39,188 nucleotides of DNA from Syntrophomonadaceae bacterium (GTDB lineage Bacteria > Bacillota > Syntrophomonadia > Syntrophomonadales > Syntrophomonadaceae): positions 1 through 39,188 of the forward strand of contig JAAYJY010000176.1 in NCBI GenBank assembly GCA_012522705.1, written 5' to 3'. Position numbers and translations under genes: made by a program. Shown here in pieces: positions 20,206-31,929 of this stretch. Numbering within the stretch: position 1 is the stretch's first letter; each line of letters starts with the position of its first letter. The notes under the pieces are model-generated. The model did no database searches. It worked only from the letters and a program-made list of their open reading frames with translations, and was not told the DNA's origin.

Positions 20206-21612
20206 ATGCGTCTTACTAATGACATCTTTCTGGAGCAACAGCAAAAACTGGTTATGACCCCCGAATTGCGACTGGCCATAGCCATTCTGCAAATGTCGAC
20301 CATGGAATTGGAAGAGTACGCCCAACAGGAGTTGAATGAGAATCCTCTTTTGGATGTGCAGGAACCGGAGGAACCAAGTGGAGACTCGGCCGCTGAAAAC
20401 GCGGAGGCTGGCTCAAATGGTGACCTGGAACCAACCACCAGCATGGAAGAATGGGCTGATTATTACCATGATCGGGATATCGGCTATTCCGCTGGAGATC
20501 GCGAAGACAAGTCCTACGATAATTTCCTCACCAAACGGCCTACTTTATACGAACATTTGCAGTTTCAACTTCGCCTGGTCTGTAAGGAGATCGAGGATGA
20601 GGAAGTCGGTTTGTACATTATAGGTAATATCGACGATAATGGCTATCTCTGCGTCAGTCGGGAGGAAATGGCGTTCCAAACGGGGGCTTCTCCAGAAAGA
20701 GTGGACCGGGTTCTGGGTCTGGTGCAATCCTTCCATCCCCATGGAGTTGGCGCATTCACTCTGCAAGAATCACTTATGATTCAACTTCGCTACTTTGGCA
20801 AAGAAGATTCCCTGGCCGAAAAAATAATCTATGAGCATCTTGATGACCTGGCCCAGGGGAGGCTAGCCAAGATATCCCAAGCAGTGGGTATATCAGTCCA
20901 ACAAGTGCAGGGAGTCTGTGACATAATCCGCACCCTCGATCCCAAACCAGGCCTGCAGTACAGTTCCGACGACGAGATCAAGTACATCATCCCGGATGCT
21001 ATCGTGGAAAAAATAGAAGGCCAATATGTGGTAGTTCTCAATGACAACGCCTCGCCCCGTTTGGTGGTAAACCGACTGTATAAAAGTATGATGCGCAAAC
21101 CGGGACAATTCAGCGACGAAGCCCGGAAGTATCTGGGCGACAAAATGAACTCGGCCATTTGGCTGATCCGCAGCATCGAACAGCGCCGCCGAACCCTGGA
21201 CAAGGTGATACGCTGCATTGTGGATATTCAAACTGACTTTTTGGATCAGGGTATCAAATATCTCAAACCGCTTACTTTGAAGCAGGTCGCAGACCTTATA
21301 GAAGTACATGAGTCGACAGTCAGCAGAGCGACGTCGAAGAAATATATCCAGACCCCGCAGGGGCTATTTGAGCTTAAGTTCTTCTTTGGCAGCGGGATCA
21401 GTACCAGCGTTGGCACCGATAAAGTATCCGCCAAGAGTATAAAAAGGATGCTCGAAGAGATAATCACGGGAGAGGATCCCGCCCGACCCATCAGCGACCA
21501 GGCCATAGTAGCTAAATTACAGGACGAGGGAATCGATATCTCGCGGCGGACAGTTGCCAAATACCGGGGGGAAATGGGTATACCGGCAACCTCAGCCCGC
21601 AAGAGATATTAG
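20206..21612 (+). CDS. rpoN: RNA polymerase sigma-54 factor
   Basis: Q-rich region I, HESTVSRA, RpoN box SRRTVAKYR. Confidence 0.97.
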   Translation: MRLTNDIFLEQQQKLVMTPELRLAIAILQMSTMELEEYAQQELNENPLLDVQEPEEPSGDSAAENAEAGSNGDLEPTTSMEEWADYYHDRDIGYSAGDREDKSYDNFLTKRPTLYEHLQFQLRLVCKEIEDEEVGLYIIGNIDDNGYLCVSREEMAFQTGASPERVDRVLGLVQSFHPHGVGAFTLQESLMIQLRYFGKEDSLAEKIIYEHLDDLAQGRLAKISQAVGISVQQVQGVCDIIRTLDPKPGLQYSSDDEIKYIIPDAIVEKIEGQYVVVLNDNASPRLVVNRLYKSMMRKPGQFSDEARKYLGDKMNSAIWLIRSIEQRRRTLDKVIRCIVDIQTDFLDQGIKYLKPLTLKQVADLIEVHESTVSRATSKKYIQTPQGLFELKFFFGSGISTSVGTDKVSAKSIKRMLEEIITGEDPARPISDQAIVAKLQDEGIDISRRTVAKYRGEMGIPATSARKRY

Positions 21613-21641
21613 AACATTATGGGAAATGGACCATAATACTG

Positions 21642-21709
21642 TGCTATAATATTTGATGAAGAATATAAATCGAAGTAAAGGCATAATCTTGCTGGGACAA
21701 AATTGTCCC
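21642..21709 (+). promoter_or_regulatory. cggR-gap promoter (extended -10) and candidate CggR operator
   Basis: TGCTATAAT at 21642-21650 and palindrome GGGACAA-AA-TTGTCCC at 21694-21709, resembling the GGGAC-Nx-TGTC CggR half-site. Confidence 0.55.
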
Positions 21710-21740
21710 TTATAGATATATTTAAACCAGGGGTTATTAC

Positions 21741-22775
21741 ATGGATAGACTTTTTTCGCTTATCGAGCGGTTTGCCCCCGAGGTAATGGAAATACTGACT
21801 GATCGATACAAGATCCTGAGGCAGGTTTTGTATAACCAACCCATTGGCCGCCGCCAGTTGGCACTTAACGTGGACCAGACCGAGAGAATGGTGCGTACCG
21901 AGGTTGATCTGCTGAAAACCCGTGGAGCATTGCAGACTACTCCGGCAGGGATCATGCTCACCGCTTACGGGGAAGAGATGCTGCGGGAGATAGACGAATA
22001 TGTGCCTTGGTTGTTGAACACCCAAACCTTGAGTGAGCGGCTGAAAGAACGATTCCATCTTCAAGAAGTAATTATCGTTCCGGGCGATTCGTTTCAAAAT
22101 GAGTTTATCAAACATGATTTGGGCCGGGCGGGAGCTGAATTCTTGTTTAGAAAGCTCCGGCCCCCCTGTACCTTGGCGGTGACTGGGGGGACCACTCTGG
22201 CTCAGGTAGCAGATCAGATGCGGGAAGATGTGAATCTCCACCAGGTTTGTGTAGTGCCAGCCAGAGGGGGATTGGGCGAAAAAGTCGAACAGCAGGCTGG
22301 TAATATTGCAGCCAAGATAGCCAATCGCATAGGGGGACAATATCGACTCCTGCATATCCCCGACATCCTTGAGGAGAGCACCGCAGCAGTCCTTAAGAAA
22401 GACATACATATAAGCGAAGTTGTCAAGATCATAAAATCTGCTGATATCCTTATGCATGGGATCGGGCCCGCTATTGATATGGCCATCAAACGCGAGCTAT
22501 CTCCTGCGGAAGTGGAATATTTGCAGAAAAATGAGGCTATGGGTGAAGCGCTTCGATATTATTACGACCGGAGGGGTAAAATAATATTCGAGATCCCCGG
22601 TATTGGCTTGGAAGGGGCGGATTTGAGCAATATCCCTTTGATAATAGCCATTGCCGGTGGCAGCAACAAGGCGCCGGCAATTGAGGCAGTCTTAAGAAAC
22701 GGCATCGAAAAGGTGCTGATAACCGATGAGGGCGCAGCCCAAAAAATTATCTATGGAAAGGATGATGGTTGTTAA
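21741..22775 (+). CDS. cggR: Central glycolytic genes regulator (SorC/CggR family)
   Basis: QPIGRRQLA wHTH, AVTGGTT, PARGGLGE, AGGSNKA, LITDEGAA; directly upstream of gap. Confidence 0.92.
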   Translation: MDRLFSLIERFAPEVMEILTDRYKILRQVLYNQPIGRRQLALNVDQTERMVRTEVDLLKTRGALQTTPAGIMLTAYGEEMLREIDEYVPWLLNTQTLSERLKERFHLQEVIIVPGDSFQNEFIKHDLGRAGAEFLFRKLRPPCTLAVTGGTTLAQVADQMREDVNLHQVCVVPARGGLGEKVEQQAGNIAAKIANRIGGQYRLLHIPDILEESTAAVLKKDIHISEVVKIIKSADILMHGIGPAIDMAIKRELSPAEVEYLQKNEAMGEALRYYYDRRGKIIFEIPGIGLEGADLSNIPLIIAIAGGSNKAPAIEAVLRNGIEKVLITDEGAAQKIIYGKDDGC

Positions 22776-23782
22776 TGGCAGTCAAATTCTCTATCAATGG
22801 CTTTGGCCGCATAGGTCGATTAGTGGCCCGTGCCGCCATGGCCAGGGATGATCTGGAACTGGTAGCCGTAAACGATCTGGGAGCTCCCAGAGGGGGAGCG
22901 CATCTATTCAAGTATGACTCTATTCACGGTACTTTTCCCGGGGATGTGGCAGTTGAAAATGATGTGATATATAGTGCCGGCAGAAGCTTCCGTTACCTGT
23001 CGGAGAAAGAACCTGAAAAATTGCCATGGAAGGACCTCGGGGTGGAGATAGTGGTGGAAGGCACCGGCCGATTCAGGAGTAAGGAGAAAGCCTCCAAGCA
23101 TCTCACCGCTGGCGCCGCCCGGGTAATTATAACCGCCCCAGGCCAGAATGCAGATTTGACCGTGGTAATGGGGGTCAATAATCACAAGTATGATCCCACC
23201 AGTCACCACATCCTATCCAACGCATCCTGCACTACCAACTGCCTGGCTCCGGTGTCCATGGTCCTGGTCAAAGAGTTCGGTATTGTAAAAGGCATGATGA
23301 ACACCATCCATTCCTACACCAATGACCAGCGGGTATTGGATTTGGAGCACGATGACCTGCGCCGGGCCCGGGCTGCCGCTCTGTCTATGATCCCCACCAC
23401 AACTGGGGCAGCCAGTGCTATCGGTCTGGTCATACCGGAACTGGAAGGCAAACTCGATGGCTTGTCAATACGGGTACCTACTCCCAATGTCTCCTTGCTG
23501 GACCTAACGGTGGAGTTGGAGAAAAGCACCACGGTCACGGCTATCAACGAGGCATATAGAAATGCCGCGGCAACCTATCTTAAAGGCATATTAAAATATA
23601 CCGAGGTTCCGTTGGTCTCCCACGACTATAACGACGAGGAGCATTCCGCGGTTGTCGATGGCCTATTAACCATGATGATGGGCGACAGAATGGCCAAGGT
23701 GATTGCCTGGTACGACAATGAGTGGGCTTATTCCCTGAGGGTGTTAGATCTGGCCGCCTATATCGCCGGGCGGGGCATGTAA
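22775..23782 (+). CDS. gap: Type I glyceraldehyde-3-phosphate dehydrogenase
   Basis: INGFGRIGR, SNASCTTNCLAP, WYDNEW; TAATG overlap with cggR. Confidence 0.98.
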   Translation: MAVKFSINGFGRIGRLVARAAMARDDLELVAVNDLGAPRGGAHLFKYDSIHGTFPGDVAVENDVIYSAGRSFRYLSEKEPEKLPWKDLGVEIVVEGTGRFRSKEKASKHLTAGAARVIITAPGQNADLTVVMGVNNHKYDPTSHHILSNASCTTNCLAPVSMVLVKEFGIVKGMMNTIHSYTNDQRVLDLEHDDLRRARAAALSMIPTTTGAASAIGLVIPELEGKLDGLSIRVPTPNVSLLDLTVELEKSTTVTAINEAYRNAAATYLKGILKYTEVPLVSHDYNDEEHSAVVDGLLTMMMGDRMAKVIAWYDNEWAYSLRVLDLAAYIAGRGM

Positions 23783-23873
23783 CTGATGATGGGCCCGGAA
23801 GCCTGCAAGTATGACTCTGTATAACCTTTTAATAGTTGCGCTGGTTTAACCAACACCGGAGGAGGACGATGAA

Positions 23874-25045
23874 TTGAGAACTATCCGAGATATCGAGCTT
23901 AATGGCAAGAGGGTGTTGATGCGGGTCGATTTCAATGTACCCATGAATGCTGAGGGCAAGATAATCGATGATACCAAAATGACTGCAGCTATCCCTAGCA
24001 TAAACTACCTGCTCGAACACGGAGCACGCTTGGTATTGATGAGTCATCTGGGTCGTCCCAATGCTAAACCGGACCCTGCTTTCAGTCTTAGACCGGTAGC
24101 GGTGTGTTTAGGGGAACTGCTCCAGACAAATGTCATAATGGCCGGTGATTGCATCGGGCCGGCGGTGGAAGCTATGGCCGCTACATTAGGCCCGGGACAG
24201 GTCATGATGTTGGAAAACGTCCGCTTCCATGGCGGCGAGGAAGAAAACGATCCGGGATTTTCCCGGCAACTGGCCAGACTTGGTGACGTCTTCGTAAATG
24301 ATGCCTTTGGGAGCGCCCACCGGGCTCATTCCTCCACAGTTGGGATAGCAGATTATCTCCCGGCTTATGCCGGATTCCTGCTGGAGACGGAAGTCAAAAT
24401 GCTCAGGCAGGTCCTCGAGTATCCTCAAGCTCCCCGGATGGCCATACTGGGAGGGGCCAAGGTTAAGGATAAGTTGGGTTTGATCAGGAATTTGCTCAGC
24501 AGGTTCGACATTCTTTTGGTAGCGGGGGGGATCGGCAACACCTTTTTGGCCGCTCGGGGCAGGAAGATCGGCAAATCATTGCACGAAGCTGAGTTTTTGA
24601 GGAATGCGATGATATACTGGACATCGCTGCCAGAAAGCGCAAGTATATTCTGATGCCGGTAGACGCTGTGGTGGCAGACAAGATATCGGCAGATGCCCAA
24701 TACAAAGTCGTTGACATTGACCAGATCCCCGAAGACATGCTGATAGCAGATATCGGGCCCAAGACCGTCACGGGTTTTGCCATGGCTATCGGGAAGGCCA
24801 AGACCATCATCTGGAATGGTCCGGTGGGCGTTTACGAATATCCCCAATTTGCCAATGGCACTGAAGCTATTGCCAAAGCGATAGCCGCTTCTGCGGCGAT
24901 CAGTGTCATCGGTGGAGGAGACTCGGCGGCGGCTATAATGAAAATGGGTTTGGAGAAGGACATCACCCACATATCTACCGGGGGCGGCGCAACCCTGGAA
25001 TTTCTGGAGGGGATAGAGCTGCCTGGGGTTAAGATTTGCGAATAA
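23874..25045 (+). pseudogene. pgk: Phosphoglycerate kinase split by an apparent 1-nt deletion at a T5 run (24594-24598)
   Basis: N-terminal part (RVDFNVP, SHLGRP, NDAFGSAHRAH) and C-terminal part (WNGPVG, GGGDS, HISTGGGA) lie in different frames. Adding one base at GAGTTTTTGAG restores about 390 aa ('HEAEFxEECDDILDIAARKRKYILMPVD'). Confidence 0.9.
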
Positions 25046-25057
25046 AGGGAAAGGTTC

Positions 25058-25808
25058 ATGGAAATGAAGAGACTGATGATTGCCGCCAACTGGAAAATGA
25101 ATAAGACTGTTGCTGAAGCAGCCGCGTATATAAAAGACTTAGGGCCAAGATTGGCTGGTTGGGACCGGGTGGAGGTGGTAATCTGCCCTCCATTTACATG
25201 CCTGGCTTATTTAAGCGATGCACTGAAACATACCGAACTCCAACTGGGAGCCCAGAATCTGTTTTGGGAGCCAAAGGGTGCTTTTACCGGTGAGATTTCA
25301 GCCGAGATGTTACTCGATATGGGCTGCCGCTACGTTATCATTGGGCATTCGGAACGGCGACAAATGATGGGTGAGAGCGACCAGGATATCAATCGCAAAC
25401 TCGGTTCGGCTGGCGGTGCCGGATTGATACCTATATTTTGTGTGGGTGAGACCTTGCCGGAGAGGGAAGACAGCCAAACCCGGAATGTAGTCCAACGGCA
25501 ATTGGAACAAGGCCTGGCAGGGCTGGATTTGCAGGAACTGGTGATCGCTTATGAACCGGTGTGGGCGATTGGAACCGGACTCAATGCCAGTCCGGCAGAT
25601 GCCCAGGATACGTGTAAATATATCAGGGATTGTCTGGGCAGGCACAGAGATGAGTCATGGGCCGCTGCGGTTCCCATCCTTTATGGCGGCAGCGTCACTG
25701 CCCTGAATATTCAGAGCTTCGTGGAACAGCCGGATATCAACGGTGCCCTGGTAGGTGGAGCCAGTCTGGATCCGGAACACTTTGCCAGAATTGTGAGGTT
25801 GAATATGG

Positions 25809-25816
<8 letters not shown>
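25058..25816 (+). CDS. tpiA: Triosephosphate isomerase
   Basis: AANWKMN, IIGHSERR, AYEPVWAIGTG, LYGGSV, LVGGASL. Confidence 0.98.
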
Positions 25817-28674
<2,858 letters not shown>

Positions 28675-28681
28675 TAAAATC

Positions 28682-28716
28682 TTGAACAATCGGTTTCTAT
28701 TGTGTTACAATATAAT
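28682..28716 (+). promoter_or_regulatory. Sigma-A-type promoter of secG
   Basis: TTGAAC-18 bp-TACAAT with upstream TG, and an overlapping TATAAT at 28711-28716. Confidence 0.55.
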
Positions 28717-28753
28717 GCGGCTTTAGGGAAGATGACGAAAGGAGGTTCTGTGG

Positions 28754-28981
28754 GTGGTTAAAACGATATTTCTTATTCTGCAGTTCATTACTGCTATAGG
28801 CTTGATATTCACAGTCCTGATGCAAGAAGGCAAGAGTGCCGGATTATCGGGAAGCATTGCCGGTGGAGCAGATATGATCTTTGGAAAGAAGAAGGGTGTA
28901 GATGAACTGTTTGCTAAGATAACAGGTTATTTGGCCGCCTTGTTTCTAATATTTACCCTGGTTGTAGCTCTGCGCAGCTAA
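28754..28981 (+). CDS. secG: Preprotein translocase subunit SecG
   Basis: Two TM segments, 'VLMQEGKSAGLSGSIAGG'; GGAGG RBS; follows eno. Confidence 0.95.
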   Translation: MVKTIFLILQFITAIGLIFTVLMQEGKSAGLSGSIAGGADMIFGKKKGVDELFAKITGYLAALFLIFTLVVALRS

Positions 28982-29082
28982 ACGGGCACAGCGCTGCCGG
29001 TGGTAAGATGCCTCGGGTTATCTTAATCCAAGCCCGGACAGGTTGTAGGAAGCCAAGTCTGCCGATGACCATTATAAAACCC

Positions 29083-29217
29083 TGGGTTATCAGCGTCAAC
29101 CGGTAGACTACAAGGCTACATATGTAGTAAGAGAGTCGCCCCGAAAGTCTGAGCTAATAGTATGAAAGCTATTGCAGGTAGCCTTCATACTATTATGATG
29201 CTAAGGGATAAAGCATC
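29083..29217 (+). promoter_or_regulatory. Structured 5' leader of hppA; candidate cation (Na+) riboswitch with expression platform
   Basis: GGG(29084-86)...CCCC(29139-42) encloses an ACTACA/TGTAGT helix, followed by a 12-bp perfect stem TAATAGTATGAA/TTCATACTATTA (29155-29195) and a GATGCT/AGCATC hairpin. Confidence 0.4.
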
Positions 29218-29243
29218 GCACAAGATAACGATTATTTAAGGAA

Positions 29244-31697
29244 GTGAAATTGTTAATGAACCTTCAGCTCAAAAAAGTAATGCAGCCGGCAATAGCCTTC
29301 ATCGCTGCTCTGGCAATTGTGCTGTTGACCCCTTCGTTGGCAGTCGCTGGTGAGGCCAATCTGGTACTGCCGGAATTGAGCAGCGATCAGAATACCCTAC
29401 TCATTTTGGGTATGCTGGTCTGCGTATTGGGTATGTTCTTCGGTTACTATCAGTTTATTCGGGTTACCAAATTCAGGGCTCACCGAACAATGCTGGATGT
29501 AGCCCAGACTATTTACGAAACCTGTAAAACCTACCTGATTCAACAAGGAAAATTCATCGCTATCCTGTTCTTCTTCATCGGCTTGTGTATAGCCTTCTAT
29601 TTTGGCTACCTTTCCCAGATGCCGATAGGATCCGTATTATTCATCCTGATGTGGACTGTGATCGGGATACTCGGTTCCTACAGCGTAGCTTGGTACGGCA
29701 TCCGCATGAACACCCTGGCCAACAGCCGGGTAGCCTTCAGCTCCCTGGAGAGAAAACCCCTTAAGATGTTAAACATAGCCCTGGATGCCGGTATGAGTAT
29801 CGGAGTCTTGCTGGTATGCGTGGAGCTCATCATGATGCTGGTCATATTGGTATTTGTACCCCGGGAACTGGCCGGAGCCTCCTTTATCGGATTCGCCATC
29901 GGAGAATCATTGGGAGCCAGTGCCCTGCGTATAGCCGGGGGTATATTTACCAAGATAGCCGACATCGGCGCCGACCTGATGAAGATAGTATTCGGCATCA
30001 AAGAAGACGATCCGAGAAACCCGGGTGTTATTGCGGACTGCACCGGTGACAACGCCGGCGACAGTGTAGGTCCGACTGCGGATGGATTCGAGACCTATGG
30101 CGTGACCGGGGTGGCCATGGTCACCTTCATCGTCCTGGCAGTGGCTCCTGCCCTGCAGACCACCCTGCTCACCTGGATATTTGCCGTCCGGATTATGATG
30201 GTTATCAGCTCAGTCGCTTCCTTCTATATCAACCGCGCCGTGAGCCAGTCCCGATTTGGCAGCCTCACCGATTTTGATTTCGAAGCGCCCCTGACCAGCC
30301 TGGTATGGATCACCTCCATAGTGTCAATCGGCATCACCTACCTTCTCACCTACTATATGGTGGGACCGGGATCCAGTATCGTCACCGCCTTGACCCCCCA
30401 TTGGGCAACCCTGGCAACCATATTCAGTTTTGGTACCCTGGCCGCAGCCATGATCCCGGAAGCGGTTAAAATATTCACCAGCCCCAACTCCAAGCATGTT
30501 GCCGAGGTAGTACAAGCCTCCCGGGAAGGCGGACCCTCACTAAACATCCTGTCCGGACTGGTGGCTGGCAACTTCAGCGCCTTCTGGATCGGCATGGTAT
30601 TTGTCTTCATCATGTTTGGCGGATATTGGGCCAGTTTGCCCCTCACCGCAGATATCATGAGCTACCATTCGGTATTCGCCTTTGGCCTGATCGCTTTCGG
30701 CATGCTGGGCATGGGTCCGGTTACCATCGCTGTGGACAGCTATGGACCAGTCACCGATAATGCCCAGTCCATCTATGAATTGTCACTTATAGAAGAGGTC
30801 AAGGACGTCGATAAGGATATCGAGAAAGACTATGGATTCAAACCAGACTTTGAAAAGGGTAAACACTACCTGGAAGCCAACGATGGCGCCGGCAACACCT
30901 TCAAAGCCACCGCCAAGCCAGTCTTGATCGGCACCGCGGTAGTAGGAGCCACCGCCATGATCTTCTCCCTGATCCTAGTCATCGAGAATGTGTTGGAGGT
31001 AGACCCGGCCACCATCCTGGCCCTGCTCAATCCCTATACCATTCTGGGCCTGCTGTGCGGCGGAGCGGTAATCTACTGGTTTACCGGGGCATCTACCCAA
31101 GCCGTGGTCACTGGCGCCTACCGGGCAGTGGAATATATCAAAAGAAACATCAATTTGGACGAAGCCGCGGATGTCAAGGCCAATACCGAAAAGTCCAAAG
31201 AAGTGGTAAAGATATGTACCCAGTATGCCCAATCAGGTATGTTCAATATCTTTATCGCCCTGTTCTCCTTTGCCATGGCGTTTGCCTTTTTAGCTGCTCC
31301 CGCAGGAGGAAATTCCGAGCGAGTATCCTTCTTCGTGGCTTACCTGCTCTCCATAGCCATCTTTGGACTGTTCCAGGCCGTGTTCATGGCCAATGCCGGC
31401 GGCTGCTGGGATAATGCCAAGAAGGTAGTGGAAGTAGACTTACAGGAGAAAGGCACTCCGCTGCATGAAGCAACAGTGGTGGGAGACACTGTAGGCGATC
31501 CCTTCAAGGATACCTCCTCGGTTGCCTTGAACCCCATCATAAAGTTCACCACCTTGTTCGGGTTGCTGGCTATGGAGATAGCCATTGCGGAAGCATTCCG
31601 GGAGATAGCTCCCTTGGTTGGGATTGGATTCCTGTTGATAGCTTTGTTCTTTGTATGGCGTACCTTCTACGGAATGAGAATACCAGTTAAAGGATAG
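29244..31697 (+). CDS. hppA: Membrane-bound pyrophosphatase, long divergent K+-independent type
   Basis: GGIFTKIADIGADL, DCTGDNAGD, DSYGPVTDNA, GNTFKATAK, GDTVGDPFKDTS; about 810 aa. Start uncertain (29244/29250/29256). Confidence 0.95.
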   Translation: MKLLMNLQLKKVMQPAIAFIAALAIVLLTPSLAVAGEANLVLPELSSDQNTLLILGMLVCVLGMFFGYYQFIRVTKFRAHRTMLDVAQTIYETCKTYLIQQGKFIAILFFFIGLCIAFYFGYLSQMPIGSVLFILMWTVIGILGSYSVAWYGIRMNTLANSRVAFSSLERKPLKMLNIALDAGMSIGVLLVCVELIMMLVILVFVPRELAGASFIGFAIGESLGASALRIAGGIFTKIADIGADLMKIVFGIKEDDPRNPGVIADCTGDNAGDSVGPTADGFETYGVTGVAMVTFIVLAVAPALQTTLLTWIFAVRIMMVISSVASFYINRAVSQSRFGSLTDFDFEAPLTSLVWITSIVSIGITYLLTYYMVGPGSSIVTALTPHWATLATIFSFGTLAAAMIPEAVKIFTSPNSKHVAEVVQASREGGPSLNILSGLVAGNFSAFWIGMVFVFIMFGGYWASLPLTADIMSYHSVFAFGLIAFGMLGMGPVTIAVDSYGPVTDNAQSIYELSLIEEVKDVDKDIEKDYGFKPDFEKGKHYLEANDGAGNTFKATAKPVLIGTAVVGATAMIFSLILVIENVLEVDPATILALLNPYTILGLLCGGAVIYWFTGASTQAVVTGAYRAVEYIKRNINLDEAADVKANTEKSKEVVKICTQYAQSGMFNIFIALFSFAMAFAFLAAPAGGNSERVSFFVAYLLSIAIFGLFQAVFMANAGGCWDNAKKVVEVDLQEKGTPLHEATVVGDTVGDPFKDTSSVALNPIIKFTTLFGLLAMEIAIAEAFREIAPLVGIGFLLIALFFVWRTFYGMRIPVKG

Positions 31698-31706
31698 AAA
31701 ACAGAC

Positions 31707-31740
31707 AGAGATCTCACGACAGTGAGGTTGTGAGGTCTCT
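31707..31740 (+). terminator. Hairpin downstream of hppA (probable terminator)
   Basis: AGAGATCTCACGAC / GTTGTGAGGTCTCT 14-bp stem with two G-U pairs. Confidence 0.55.
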
Positions 31741-31746
31741 AATTGT

Positions 31747-31856
31747 AAAAAGAAGGCTAAATGGCTACGTAAATACGAAAGCCCGTTCAATCGGCGTACC
31801 TCATCATGTACGCCTCAATTACGGGCTTTCCTTTTGCCTTGCTCCAAGCCTTTCTC
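31747..31856. repeat. Nested inverted-repeat element (~110 nt)
   Basis: AAGGCT(31753-58)/AGCCTT(31847-52), GAAAGCCCGT(31777-86)/ACGGGCTTTC(31821-30), GGCGTAC(31793-99)/GTACGCC(31808-14). Confidence 0.6.
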
Positions 31857-31929
31857 TATTCGATCTACTAAAGTTCAGAAATTATGTAATATTTAGATAC
31901 GATCTGATGGTGTTGAGATTTTAGTGCAC

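Noticed and set aside
21679..21692. Possible sigma-54 promoter (GGCATAATCTTGC) downstream of rpoN
   Set aside because: GG-to-GC spacing is 9 nt rather than the strict 10 nt needed for -24/-12 promoters.
21609..22457. 282-aa minus-strand ORF
   Set aside because: Antisense to cggR and its promoter; no domain signature.
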